64,000 nt of DNA from Eledone cirrhosa (taxonomy: Eukaryota), in assembly GCA_964016885.1 (NCBI GenBank), contig OZ024743.1, positions 45,756,001 through 45,820,000 on the forward strand. The letters are read 5' to 3'. Positions 1 to 13,050 of this stretch are shown here, piece after piece. Below the pieces are notes generated by a model. That model did not search any database and had not been told where the DNA came from. It worked only from the letters and a program-made list of their open reading frames with translations. How positions within the stretch are numbered: the first letter of the stretch is position 1; each line of letters opens with the position of its first letter. Both the position numbers and the translations under genes were made by a program.

Positions 1-656
1 ATTCTATAATATTTTTATTTTTTATTTTATTTTATTTTTATTTTTAATATTTTTATATGTAAATTTTTATTTTTAATATTTTTATATGTAAAGTTTTAAT
101 ACGTAATATTTTTAATACGTAGTATTTTTAATATGCAATATTTTTATTATGTAATATTCTTTCGTAATATTCTTTTTTAGTTTTCTATTCTATATTTTTA
201 TATTTTTATATATTTTTACTTATTATCATTATTATTGTTATCTCTGCTTATAATATAATATATATTTTCGATTAGTTTATTGAAATCTGCTCTCTATTTC
301 TGCTTGATAGATAATCTTGTAGAGTAATCGCAAGAATAATAATACGCTCAAATCTTTATACCACATTGAGAATGTTTTCCGGTAACTTTGAATTTGCGGA
401 GTGAATCAGTTGGATTCACATAGACATATGAATTTTTTAAAAAACTAAACATAAGATAATGAATTTTCACGCATTGTGAATACTTGTTTCATTCAGGAAT
501 ACTGATATTTACAATATAGTGTAAGTTTTATAAATACTAATACATTAAAACATAGGGTTTTCTACGCCTCGAATATGTCTGGCTATTTTTAAATTTTTTC
601 TCTCTCTATATCTCTCTATATCTCTCTATATATCTCCCTTACATTAATACTTGAGC

Positions 657-699
<43 letters not shown>

Positions 700-1064
700 A
701 TGCATCATTGATACACTTACTCAAAATGACCTCCCACTACCTAATTTTTCTATATCTATATTTATATATGTATCTATCTCTACTTCCTCTCTCTCTCTAT
801 ATATATATATATCTCTTTCTGTCTCTTTACATGAAGCTCTTCGCTTTATCTATTTTTCCATCTCTCTATTTTGTCCCATGCATTTCTTCTTTTTCTTTTT
901 CTTCTTTTTCTTCCTTTTCTTCGTTTTGTCTTTCTTTCTTTCCTATTTCCCTCTTTTCTCTTTCTTTCTCTCTGTATTTTCACTGCTAGAGTGAACCTCT
1001 TCAAATGAAGTTGATGTTTATTACGGTATGTCGAATATATTTATCTATAAAACTGTTTATATTG

Positions 1065-1130
1065 TATTTTGTCTGATGAAGGCATAGCATATTGTTAATA
1101 TGATATCCCCGAAATATATATAATGAAATA
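1065..1130 (+). ncRNA. Minimal type I hammerhead ribozyme in a Penelope-like pLTR (family A; element 3' end at ~1268 against (TA)n)
   Basis: tattttgt-CTGATGA-stem II (catattgttaatatg hairpin)-GAAA-tatata-TA-atgaaata; stem I pairs and stem III is palindromic, as in PLE minimal hammerheads. Confidence 0.75.
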
Positions 1131-1265
1131 AATATGGTTTTATAAATATAGTTTTCCATTTATTTAATATTTAATATTGTAAATATACTCCAAGTATTTG
1201 TCGAGTGCTTTTATATCAGTTATAAATATTTACTAGTTGTAACCCAACAATTTTAAATATAACTT

Positions 1266-1370
<105 letters not shown>

Positions 1371-1390
1371 CTGCACACACACATATATAT

Positions 1391-2175
1391 AGGCAGATTA
1401 GCTGGTACCACCCTCCCTTCAATAGAGAGGTATCTACTCCGATAGCTAGGATTTTCTTCACTTTGCTGAAATTACACTTCCCCATACAACATAGGTACCA
1501 CACCATCTTTAATAAGAACACAATAAGACTGTCTTACTCCACCACACCTAACCTAGCTAGGAATATAGCCAACCACAATTCTAAAAAATTAAATAAGCCA
1601 ACCACCTCTGAACCCAATCCCCGGACTGAGGCTCTATGTAATTGCCTAAATAAGGAAGCATGCCCACTTGAAAACAAATGCCTCACAAATGATATCGTAT
1701 ACAAATGCGATGTCATCTCAGGCACCGAGGATTGCAATAACAAAAAACTTACATCGGCATGACCTCCAACCGGTCAAATCAAATCAGACAACACTCGCCT
1801 CCTACGTTTGGGACCTCAAAAGGAACTCCACCCCCTTCACGCTTAAATGGAAAATACTCCAGAAAGCGCGCTCTTACAACGGAGGACACAAGGGTTGCGA
1901 CCTTTGTATTTCAGAGAGCTACGAAATTTTATTCGCCAAGGGCCCGCTACTGAACAAACTCTCTGAACACTGCCCGAACTGCATGCACAAGAACTTTGCA
2001 ACTTTCAAACACTTTAAGCCAGTGTTAAAGCCCGATGGCTAAAAACGACCTCCCCCTATTGGCCCCTATACCTCCTTCCCACCCTACCCCCACCCCTCCT
2101 CAACCTGAAATACGGCCACTATGGTTATGTGAGTACCTCTTTCCTATCTACATTTTCTGCCTGTAGACGTGTTTT
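1391..2175 (+). pseudogene. 5'-truncated Naiad-type Penelope-like element: RT thumb/linker plus GIY-YIG endonuclease, frameshifted
   Basis: Translations [74 protein letters not shown] across ORFs 1463-1762 and 1668-2042; same motifs as the 27670-29574 ORF. Confidence 0.85.
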
Positions 2176-2343
2176 TATGTGCATGCGTATATGCGTATAT
2201 TTATTGAGTACTTATTTATTTGTATGTGTATATATTTGTGTGCATGTGTGTATATGTATGTGTATGTATATATATATATGTATGTGTGTATATGTGTTTT
2301 ATGTGTGTATATTTATGTATGTATATATATGTATATATGTATA

Positions 2344-2374
<31 letters not shown>

Positions 2375-2427
2375 GTGTGTATATATGTGTATGTATGTGT
2401 ATGTGTATGTATGTATATATGTATATG

Positions 2428-2468
<41 letters not shown>

Positions 2469-2520
2469 ATGTGTGTATGTGTGTGTGTGTGTGTATATAT
2501 ATATATGTGTGTGTGTGCAG

Positions 2521-2568
<48 letters not shown>

Positions 2569-2700
2569 GTATATATGTATATATATTTGTATATGTATGT
2601 ATGTATGTGTGTATGTGTGTATGTATGTGTGTGTGTGTGTATGTATATATGTGTATATATATTGTGTGTGTGTGTGTATATATATGTGTATATGTATATT

Positions 2701-2785
<85 letters not shown>

Positions 2786-2791
2786 GTGTGT

Positions 2792-2852
<61 letters not shown>

Positions 2853-2871
2853 TATATGTATGAATGGTGTA

Positions 2872-2937
<66 letters not shown>

Positions 2938-3043
2938 GTGCTTTTTCCTTATATATGTGTATATATGTGTGTGTGTGTGTATATATATATATATGTATGT
3001 ATGTGTGTGTGTGTGTGTATGTATATGTATATATTTGTTTATG

Positions 3044-3140
<97 letters not shown>

Positions 3141-3273
3141 ATATATATATATATGTATGTGTATATGTATGTATATGTATACACATGTATATTTGTGTGT
3201 ATGTATGTGTATGAGTGTATATATATGTGTATATATGTGTGTGTGTGTGTGTGTGTATATATATGTATGTGTG

Positions 3274-3325
<52 letters not shown>
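2176..3325. repeat. Compound (TA)n/(TG)n microsatellite field
   Basis: Direct reading; similar fields at 3741-4030, 5930-6316, 38400-39020 and 45097-45305 explain most YI/CV/HT ORFs. Confidence 0.95.
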
Positions 3326-3328
<3 letters not shown>

Positions 3329-3562
3329 AAAGTTATATTTAAATTGTTGGGTTAACAACGAGTAAATATTTATAACTGATATAAAAGCACTCAACAAGTA
3401 TTTGGAGTATATTTATGATATTAAATAAATGGAAACTATATTTATAAAACCATATTTATTTCATTATATATATTTCAGGGATATCATATTAACAATATGT
3501 TATGCCTTCTTCAGACAAAATACAATATAAACAGTCTTATAAATAAATAGATACGACATACC
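3326..3562 (-). mobile_element. Penelope-like pLTR fragment, family A, with hammerhead at 3457-3522
   Basis: Reverse complement closely matches 1025-1268; core CTGAAGA..GAAA tatata TA with stem I tattttgt/atgaaata. Confidence 0.8.
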
Positions 3563-3675
3563 TTTCAATCGACTTGCAATATTTTTTACTGCCAAATCAA
3601 CCTCCCAAATGCACTCCCCACCCTCTCCTACCACTTGTAGAGACCTATAAATACCATATTTATTTTTTGATACCC

Positions 3676-3726
3676 AGATTCCTGATGATTTCTAAAGAAT
3701 GAAACAGTTCTAGTCCTGTAGAATCT
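3676..3726 (+). ncRNA. Type I hammerhead ribozyme with a paired stem III (GUA cleavage triplet)
   Basis: agattc-CTGATGA-tttctaaagaat-GAAA-cag(ttctagtc)ctg-TA-gaatct; stems I, II and III all pair. Confidence 0.8.
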
Positions 3727-3738
3727 CATCTATATTAA

Positions 3739-3783
<45 letters not shown>

Positions 3784-3785
3784 TG

Positions 3786-3847
<62 letters not shown>

Positions 3848-3928
3848 CATATATGTATATATATGTATATATATATATATACATATATGTATATATATAT
3901 ATACATATATATATATACATATATGTAT

Positions 3929-3995
<67 letters not shown>

Positions 3996-4202
3996 TACAT
4001 ATATGTATATATATGTATATATATATATGTAATATTAAAGATACTATTTATGGTTATGTATATACTAGAACTTTTTATAGTTATGTATATTTTAAATCCT
4101 AAACAGTGAAGGTCAGTAATTTATTACTACCTTATTACCAGTAAGATAAATAGCTCAATGTAATAACATCAGTTGTTCTACAGAGCAGTTATATAGAATA
4201 TA

Positions 4203-4259
<57 letters not shown>

Positions 4260-4261
<2 letters not shown>

Positions 4262-4398
4262 AAAGTTATATTTAAATTGTTGTGTTACAACTAGTAAATA
4301 TTTATAACTGATATAAAAGCACTCGACAAATATTTATCCCTGAAATATATATAATGAAATAAATATGGTTTTATAAATATAGTTTCCATTTATTTAAT

Positions 4399-4402
<4 letters not shown>
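4260..4402. mobile_element. Two-armed mini PLE insertion, family A (tail arm on -, GAAA-to-pLTR-end arm on +)
   Basis: Both pieces match 1105-1268 in opposite orientations; flanked by (TA)n. Confidence 0.75.
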
Positions 4403-4456
<54 letters not shown>

Positions 4457-4460
<4 letters not shown>

Positions 4461-4986
4461 AAAGTATAGAGGTGTAACACACAAGTTATTATATATTGGT
4501 AAACGGAATAGAAAATGCTGACAAATTGTTCACAGTTGAAAAATGGTTTAATTAGGAATAAAAGAGTATTAGTGATTGTATGGGTTAGTATTCAGTTGTG
4601 GTTTTAAGTTTTTAAGTTTATACCGGTTGCGCATTTCTAAATGCTTTTCAAAAATAATTTTGAGACAGAGTGTCCGTGCTGTTTGCTCTGATCTGATTAG
4701 TTTTGGGAATTTTACCTGTTTTTATGTTAAAAAAGTGGCTCTACCGCTACTTTGTTGTTGCAAAAATCATTGTGGTCAAAACAATTTTGATTGGTCGGTA
4801 GAGATCATGTGAATGTAAAAAATTGATTTTGCGCCAAGACTGTTTTTATGTTAAAAAAGTGGCTCCAGCACTACTTGGTGTTTGCAAAAATTCTTGTGGT
4901 CAAAACAATTTTGATTGGTCGGTAGAGGTCATGTTAATAAAAAATTGATTTTGCGCCAAGATTGAGAAATGACTCTTTCACAACAA

Positions 4987-5060
<74 letters not shown>

Positions 5061-5131
5061 TAGTAGTAGTAAGGTGTTCGATGTTGTGATAATGGTTAGC
5101 AGGGATGTGTGTCAAATGGCTATTAAGATAA

Positions 5132-5162
<31 letters not shown>

Positions 5163-5326
5163 GCAGAGTAATTCGTGTAGCAGGGATGGTCAGTAAGAAT
5201 GTGTCTGTAAGCAATTTTAGCATGTCAAAAGATATTTTTCAGCTTTTATCTTATACGGTGCGCGTGTGTATGTGTGTGTGTATAAGTCTCTTTGTATGTT
5301 AATGTACGCGTGTGTATGTGTGTGTG

Positions 5327-5364
<38 letters not shown>

Positions 5365-5615
5365 AGAATGTGTATGTGTGGGGGTGGACCAGTATTTTTT
5401 TAGAATTCCCAAAACTAATCAGATCAGAGCAAACAGCACGGACACTCTGTCTCAAAATTATTTTTGAAAAGCATTTAGAAATGCGCAACCGGTAAAAACT
5501 TAAAAATTTAAAACCACAACTGAATACTAACCCATACAATTACTAATACTCTTTTATTCCTAATTAAACCATTTTTCAACTGTGAACAATTTGTCAGCAT
5601 TTTCTATTCCGTTTA

Positions 5616-5620
<5 letters not shown>
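4457..5620. mobile_element. Non-coding inverted-arm PLE derivative (Neptune-like 3' region)
   Basis: 4496-4711 is the reverse complement of 5404-5620; left arm has an extra ~40 nt; internal ~120-bp tandem duplication 4717-4960; ctggagccactttt motif shared with the Neptune 3' UTR near 44668. Confidence 0.65.
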
Positions 5621-5684
<64 letters not shown>

Positions 5685-5685
5685 C

Positions 5686-5724
<39 letters not shown>

Positions 5725-5725
<1 letters not shown>

Positions 5726-5927
5726 GGAACCAGTAAGACCGCGATGGCTGAGCTCAAGCCGTTTCGACGGCTAATTCTGGACTAAATTTTAGTCCAGAAT
5801 TAGCCGTCGAAACGGCTTGAGCTCAGCCGTCGGGGTCTTACTGGTTCCTATTACCCACTCTACTACCCCAAGTATTGAGTACTTTGGTGCGTTATGGTCC
5901 ACCTGGTTCCTTACCACATTTCCTTCG

Positions 5928-5930
<3 letters not shown>
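5725..5930. mobile_element. Fold-back mini PLE, family B (other copies 6317-6480 and 15449-15643)
   Basis: Palindrome centred ~5787 containing gccgtc-GAAA-cggc-tt, long arm continues ~80 nt to (TA)n; three copies share the layout. Confidence 0.75.
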
Positions 5931-5983
<53 letters not shown>

Positions 5984-6209
5984 ACATATATATATACATA
6001 TATATACATATATATATATACATATATATACATATATATATATACATATATATACATCTATTTATATATACATATACATATATATATATACATATATACA
6101 TATATATATATATATACATATATATACATATATATATATACATATATATATACATATATATACATATATACATATATATACATAAATGTATATGTATACA
6201 TATATATAC

Positions 6210-6240
<31 letters not shown>

Positions 6241-6502
6241 CATATATATATATATACATATATATACATATATATACATATATATACACACATATATATA
6301 TATATATATATATATGTAATAGGAGTAAGTAAGACCCCGACAGCTGAGCTCAAGCCGTTTCGACGGCTGGAGCTCAGCCGTCGGGGACTTACTTACTCCT
6401 ATTACCCACTCTACTACCCTAAGTATTGAGTACTTTGGTGCGTTATGGTCCACCTGGTTCCTTACCACTTTTCCCTTGCTATATATATATGTATATATAT
6501 AT

Positions 6503-6899
6503 AACTTTGATAACTTTGATAGGTTTCGGCCAGTATTAGCCCAAGCCTTGTCTAACTTAATAGTACCACCTGGCGAAGTCTTACAAATCAGTTTTTGGGC
6601 ACCATGGCCCACTCGAACAGAGAGTTATTGTTTACGGAGGCATATCCGGGTGTTGGAGGCTTATCCGGGATTTATTGAAGGAATTTATCCAAAGACTTCT
6701 TGAACTTCATGGGGTCTGCCTCTGCTTTGATATGTTTTGGTGTAATGTTAAAGAGTATAGGGCCAATTGAGGTGAAATAATTGTGCCGTATTGTTGTTAT
6801 GTGATGCAAATGGGATTTTTGTCCTGGGCGGATAGCACGGGGCCCAAGCCTTGCGTGTACACTAAAGATGATGCCAACACTATTTGGACAAAGCTGATG

Positions 6900-6900
<1 letters not shown>
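6503..6900 (-). mobile_element. 3' fragment of a CR1/L2-group LINE
   Basis: RLGPRA..TIRHNYFTSIGPILFNITPKHIK..FKKSLDKFL is a typical CR1-group ORF2 C-terminus; 3' tail repeat atcaaagtt x2. Confidence 0.7.
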
Positions 6901-6943
<43 letters not shown>

Positions 6944-6949
<6 letters not shown>

Positions 6950-7522
6950 GGAAAAAATGAAACGAAATTTCATTTTCCACTCTTAGTACGGCTGTTACTT
7001 AAATATAAGTAGGTATACGTACATACATATATGTATACAGACGTACAGTAGTATCTATATATATATACATACATGCACGCATATATACATGTACGTATGG
7101 ATTCACCGAACATTTATTATAATGCTCGGTGTATTTGTAAACAAACATCCCGTATTAAGCCGTAGTGTCTTGCAACCATCGTTGCTCGTTTGTTCAACAC
7201 TGACAAAGGAACGCTGTACTAGTTTCAAGCTTATTAGCTATCGTCAGCAACGTATACCTTCAGGGCAGATGATTGAACGTTTGAAAGTATATACTTTCCT
7301 TATGCATATTAACGGCTGAGCAGCCTAATTTGCATATCGAGTGGGTTAATCGGCCGGGTGCACCGAAAACGATAAACGGAAAAAATGAAACGAAATTTTA
7401 TTTCCCACTCTTAGTACGGCTGTTACTTAAATATAAGTATGTACACGTACATACATATATGTATACAGACGCGCAGTATATATACGTACATGTATATATG
7501 TCTGCATGTATATATGTGTATG

Positions 7523-7530
<8 letters not shown>
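6944..7530 (-). mobile_element. ORF-less hammerhead-containing tandem element (~428-nt unit, about 1.4 copies), retrozyme-like
   Basis: ataaacggaaaaaatgaaacgaaat.. recurs at 6944 and 7372; hammerhead at 7211-7253; no ORF; ends in (TA)n. Confidence 0.7.
7211..7253 (-). ncRNA. Minimal type I hammerhead ribozyme
   Basis: acgttg-CTGACGA-tagctaataagctt-GAAA-ctag-TA-cagcgt on the minus strand. Confidence 0.8.
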
Positions 7531-7560
<30 letters not shown>

Positions 7561-7565
7561 CTACT

Positions 7566-7795
7566 GCTCGATAATGCACTGGGGTCATGCACTGGGGTCG
7601 ATTTAATAGACTTTCCCCTCCCCTTCAAATTGTTGGCATTGTGCCTAATGTAGAAACAATTATTTTCGCTATTCTGAGTTCGAATCCCGCCGAGGTAACT
7701 TTGCCTTTCATCCTTACGGGATCGATAAAATAAACGACCAGTAATGCACTGGGTAATTGATGGCCTTGTGCCAAAAAGTAGAAAACAATTATTAT
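7566..7795 (+). mobile_element. tRNA-derived SINE family S1, partial tandem copies
   Basis: B-box gagttcgaatccc then core gcctttcatccttacggg(g)tcgataaaataaa; tail gtagaaacaattatt. Confidence 0.75.
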
Positions 7796-8724
7796 CCTTT
7801 CAGTAATATATTGAAGATTAAACACTACACTCTCCTATTCCTGCACCAGACGTCACTAGTCACTTCCTCTTCTCAGCTATGCCTACTTCAATTTATTCAA
7901 ATCTGTTTCTAAAATTCGTAATCTATTAACAGTCGCTAATTTTCTCCAAATTCTCATTTTTCCCTCTACAAAACTGATGATTTTTACCCAAAGTCATTTA
8001 TTGATTAGGTAACGAAATCTTTCGTTTTTTAATACAGAGATTAATCTAATATTCATAATTAGAAAAATAATTATCATTAAGTCAAAAAAATAAACATTTT
8101 GTTGTTTTTTGGTTGTTGTTTTTTTTGTTTTTGTTTATTGTTGTGTTTTGTTTCGTTTTGTTTTTTGTTGTATTTTGTGTGTGGGGGGGGGGTGCTCTCT
8201 GTTGGTTTCTCAACCTAATGAACGCATGCACCTTACATGTATGTAAAGATGGAGGTATTGAAATAGCTGATCAGATTTTTGTTTAAATCTATTGAAGTAG
8301 GTTGGTGTCTGTATAAAGCAAACTACAGTTATGACAGTTATTTTCGATATATTTACTTCTCCTGATGGAAACATAACAGTACTTCCTTCAATTATCTGTA
8401 CATTGTAAATAGAAAACAGCTGTCTTCTTTTATCTTTCTTACTCGATATACTAGTATTTACCGATCAAAAACACAATTGTGGGTAATTGCTTTCACTTCC
8501 TCCCATGCTGTAACACGCCACAAGTTGTGTGATTGAGTATGTGGTAATATGTATGTATACACATAAAGCTACAGATTAGCAGAGTCATTATAACATTGAG
8601 CAGAATGATTTGTAGTATTCGGGATCTACGATCTGACTTCAATTCCTTCCGAACCCAATTTTGCCTTGTTGAGATTTTGATAAATGAAGTACCAGTGTTT
8701 GCCAGATTATTGTTTGGATTGTAA

Positions 8725-9135
8725 GTATCGGTACAGGGTCTGACGCCATGCTTTGCAGCATAGAGTTACGGCCCTTGCCATTCTGAGTTCAAAGGTTAAC
8801 TTTGCCTTTCATCCTTACGGGGTCGATAAAATAAAGTACCAGTAATACACTGGAATAATTGTTGGCCTTGTGCCAAAAGTAGAAACAATTATTATTCCTG
8901 TGGGTGGTGGATTGGCTGTATCGGTTGAGCGTCGACACCCTGTTTCGCGGCAGAGAGTTACGGCCCTTTGCGTTCTGAGTTCAATTCCTGCCGATGTTAG
9001 CTTTGCCTTTCATCCTTACGGGGTCGATAAAATAATGTACCAGTCACACACTGAAGACGATTTAATCGACTTTCCCCTCCCCCCCCCCAAATTGCTGGCC
9101 TTGTGCCTAAAGTAGAAACAATTATTATTATTATT
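8725..9135 (+). mobile_element. Two adjacent SINE S1 copies
   Basis: Same B-box, core and (att)n tail as other S1 copies. Confidence 0.8.
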
Positions 9136-9339
9136 CCTCACAAGCACACACTCTCTCTCTCTTTCTCTCTTCAATCGTTCTTTCTTTCTTTCTGAAAGAC
9201 ATAGACTATGACCAAAGCTGAAGAGGGGGGTCCTCACCACATTTTAAAAAACCCAATGTGAAATCAGAATATTTATACTGTAGACAACACTATTGAGGTA
9301 AAATCTAGAGAAGCATCTTTGTAGAATAAGAAATATTTA

Positions 9340-9525
9340 AATAATTGTTTCTACCTTTAGCACAAGGCCAGAAATTACCCAGTACATTACTGATACTTTA
9401 TTTTATCGATCCCGTAAGGTTGAAAGGCAAAGTTAACCTCGGCGAGATTTGAACTCAGACCGTAAAGGGACGTAACTATGCTGGAAAGCATGGCGTCCGA
9501 CTCTCTACCAATACTGCCAAACCAC
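9340..9525 (-). mobile_element. SINE S1
   Basis: Reverse complement of S1 core and B-box (gatttgaactcag). Confidence 0.8.
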
Positions 9526-9564
9526 TTAACTGATATTTATATAAACTTATATATTATTTAATAT

Positions 9565-9830
9565 GGGAATGTGCTTGACCTAGTGGCTATGGCGTTGTGC
9601 TTATATCCATAACGTTGTGCTTATGATCATAACATTCGATTCTCAGACTGGGTAATGTGTTGGATCCATGAGCAAGGCACTTCATTTCACATCGCACCGG
9701 TTTCCTCGCCTGAAAATTAATACAAGTAGCAACTGGGTATTATCCCTGCAACGGACTGGCCTCCTCGTCATGGGGGAGTTTGTGCTCTCAGTTGCTTAAA
9801 ACCTCATGAAACCGAGATAAGCTCGGGCTT
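9565..9830 (+). mobile_element. tRNA-derived SINE, family S2-like head
   Basis: A/B-box-like head then tccatgagcaaggcacttcatttcac core; related copy at 46715-46960 (-). Confidence 0.6.
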
Positions 9831-10404
9831 TCACCCAAAAGCAAGCATGGAAAAACGGATATAAAATAATTCCATACTATGAACCCTTAACTCCTGATGA
9901 AGTCGTAGGGACTCCGACGTGGGCATTTTTAAGTCTGGTAAAGCCCATCCCTTTCTAGATCTGACTAAACACAGGCAATTTCTTCCAGAAAAAGAGGGTA
10001 CAGAGAGACAGTGAGAGGGAGAGAAAGCGATATAGGGAAATAATTGAAACCACTATTGAATAGGTACTTTATTTTATCGGCTTCGAAAGGATGAAAGGCA
10101 AAGTTGATCTATAAAATGATAACTCTAACGAAAAAAATGCTTTTAGTTACGGCTTCTATAGTAACAACCAATCTATAGTAACATCCCAAGCATAGAAGTA
10201 TGGCCATGAAAACTGTGAGTTTCTCTGACTCAACAGGGAAACCAAATCTAAATATAATATAGAAGAGTAACATTAAGACGTATTTACTCATCTTACTCTA
10301 AGAGACTATTTAAAAAGGAGATGGTAACTTGAAATTAGTAGACATAAATGTTAGAAGACACTTAAATTACTTTTGTATCTGTATCTATATTTTGTTGGTC
10401 TGTG

Positions 10405-10725
10405 AAGCTCGTGACTTAAAAATTACGGTGCTCGGCTTACGATCGAAATGTCGTGAGGTCAATTCTCGGTGACACGTTGTCCTTGAGTACGACGCTATAT
10501 TTCACGTTGATCCAGTCATCTCAGCTGACAAAAATGAGTTGTAGTTGTAAAATAAAATAGACCAATCTTATCACAAACAGTGTATCTTGCTGAATCTTTC
10601 TCAGAACTACGTTTAGGGTACACGTGTCTATGAATGTTCAGCCACTTCTAGGATAATTTCACAAGCAGAATCGTCCATTGTTTGAACAATTGAAACACGC
10701 GTCGTCGGAACTGGCGAAGGTCCAA
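10405..10725 (+). mobile_element. tRNA-derived SINE family S2 (also ~19325-19640 +, 35720-36070 -, 47575-47855 -, 52135-52455 +)
   Basis: Shared gtccttgag..atttcacgttg core and 3' block gaactacgtt..gggtacacgtgtct..cagccactt among copies. Confidence 0.7.
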
Positions 10726-11952
10726 TATTTTTGTCATCCTATGATGAAGAATCACGCCTAGTATGTGCTAATAATCCAACTTTGGTAATTTCAGTTATGT
10801 CATGACGCGCTGTTAGACTTTCAGAATAAATCTAGCCAGTATAATTACTACAATATTAACATTTTCAATTTGTAGATATTTTTATTTCGGATTCGAATAT
10901 AATTTATATTGTCTTCGGGCGGGAAACCTGCAATACAAATAAAGTCACATATAAATCTTAAATATCAGAATAAGATGTTAAAAAAATATAAGGAACAGCA
11001 CAGTTGATTATGTTTGATTTTGAATTTTTTTTTTTTTTTCTTGTAAACTATAATGTTGAACTCGCTGTTGATTAATTTAAGAAATATTAGTTTCGGGAGC
11101 AATTTAAATCTAATTACAAATTGTGTAAAAGGTCTGTATCGCTGCAAAACTTAAACAGATGTAATTAACTTCTAATATTTACATCACAGTAGTAGAATTT
11201 TGTAAGCATTTTTTTTTTTTTCTTCATAAACATATTCAATTCTGCAGTTCGTTCTAAGATGTAATGTAACTCAAATTAAACTAGGGTTTATATTTTTTAT
11301 GGAATTTTATGTAGGTTAACAGAACGTATTTCCCGTTAACGAAGGTATCAAGTATGACATTGCTTATTAGATAGGCATCACTAGAAGTCTTCGTCTCTAA
11401 TTTATTTTCTTTTAAATTCTCAAACTCTTAAATGTACTTGCGAGAAATGTAATTTGCTGCATTAAATGCAATGCAACAAATTGAAATATAAAAAATAAAA
11501 ATGAAACAAAAAGTGATGGGAGGTTACAGAAATAAAGAAGCATAGAGATAATGAGAATTATACCACTTCGTTGCAAAATTGTATTGCAATTACATTCAGG
11601 TAACTGAATTGAAATATATATTCCTCAGTAGACATTACATCCACTGCACTTATGTTTGCATGTCTTCGTGTAAACGTGATACTGTTTTCAACATAAATAA
11701 AAATTATTTGATTCCAGGTTTTAATGAATTGTGTGCGTGTAAAGATGATGAAGCAGCATAATGTGAGATGTTTATAAGTGATAAACTACTGCCTACATCT
11801 GATAATATTGTAAATCATTAATCAGGAAAAGGAATATGGAATCCTCTGTAATAAACTATCAGTATAATGAAAACGAACTGAACAGTAGGAGCATTAACAA
11901 GTGCATTTCGACTTTTCTAATGATGTCTGCAGGTAACAGTGTCATTGTATAC

Positions 11953-11986
<34 letters not shown>

Positions 11987-11993
11987 AAATATA

Positions 11994-12126
<133 letters not shown>

Positions 12127-12344
12127 GATATTAACAAATGGAAACTATATTTATAAAACCATATTTATTTCATTATACATATTTCAAGGACACCTTGAAA
12201 TATGTATAATGAAATAAATATGGTTTTATAAATATAGTTTCCATTTGTTAATATCGTATTTTTACTCCAATTATTTGTTGAGTGCTTTATATCAGTTATA
12301 AAAATATTTGCTTGTTGTATCCCAACAATTTAAATAGAACTTTT

Positions 12345-12345
<1 letters not shown>
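12127..12345. mobile_element. Fold-back mini PLE, family A
   Basis: Palindrome centred on ttcaagg-aca-ccttgaa (~12191); right arm extends ~90 nt further (tactcc..gagtgc tail). Confidence 0.8.
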
Positions 12346-12384
<39 letters not shown>

Positions 12385-12428
12385 AAGTTAAATAAAAGTC
12401 AAATGATTAAAATTTAGCTTCGTTTATT

Positions 12429-12483
12429 ACTGCTATATATATTTCAGTGACAGCCATCTTTGGCTGTGACCTCTTCAGGCAGT
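12429..12483 (-). ncRNA. Type I hammerhead ribozyme
   Basis: actgc-CTGAAGA-ggtcacagccaaagatggctgtcact-GAAA-tatata-TA-gcagt on the minus strand. Confidence 0.8.
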
Positions 12484-12530
12484 TTGAATTAGTATGGTAT
12501 AGACAAGTACATATGTTGTTTAGGTGTATA

Positions 12531-12570
<40 letters not shown>

Positions 12571-12574
12571 AAAA

Positions 12575-12637
<63 letters not shown>

Positions 12638-12742
12638 TATATATATATAAGTATATATATATATAAATATATATATATATAAGTATATATATATATATAT
12701 ATATTGTATATATATAAGTATATATATATATATTGTTATACT

Positions 12743-13033
12743 TGGGGAGGGTCATATTTGTGTAATAATATTGCCAGAATTAATAACACAACACACTCAC
12801 TGTTTGGTTGGTTTTCGCTTCTGTGTCTTTTATATCAGTTAATTTAATTTATTCGCTCCTCAATGTTACCATTGACTGACCAACGGTCAAAAATACAAAT
12901 ATAATATAGACACAAACACATATATATAGTCTAACAAAGTTCTTTCGTTGCACATCTGCAACATCATCAGTGGTGCTATTATGTTTCCTCCTGTTGTATT
13001 GTATGCCTACGCCATCTTTATTTAGTCTTTATT
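12743..13033 (-). mobile_element. PLE-type pLTR fragment, family C, with hammerhead core at 12931-12976 (second copy ~32270-32556 +, core 32324-32369)
   Basis: CTGATGA-tgttgcagatgtgcaac-GAAA-gaac-TT; the two copies are near-identical and end in gaccctcccc next to AT-rich/(TA)n sequence; stem I is weak. Confidence 0.7.
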
Positions 13034-13050
13034 TATATATATATATATAC

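Noticed and set aside
2129-3397. Long ORFs of 240-387 aa (YI, CV, HT repeats), likewise near 5.8-6.6 kb, 38.3-39 kb and 45 kb
   Set aside because: Translations of stop-free dinucleotide microsatellites, not genes
5725-6480. CRISPR-like palindromic repeats
   Set aside because: No regular repeat-spacer period, no cas genes, eukaryotic context; explained as PLE fold-backs
8725-9135. tRNA genes suggested by B-boxes
   Set aside because: No cloverleaf; they are SINE heads with a shared core and tail
9897-9920. CTGATGA with a possible stem II (also 7974 and 32700-32710 minus)
   Set aside because: No GAAA..UH in position; truncated or coincidental
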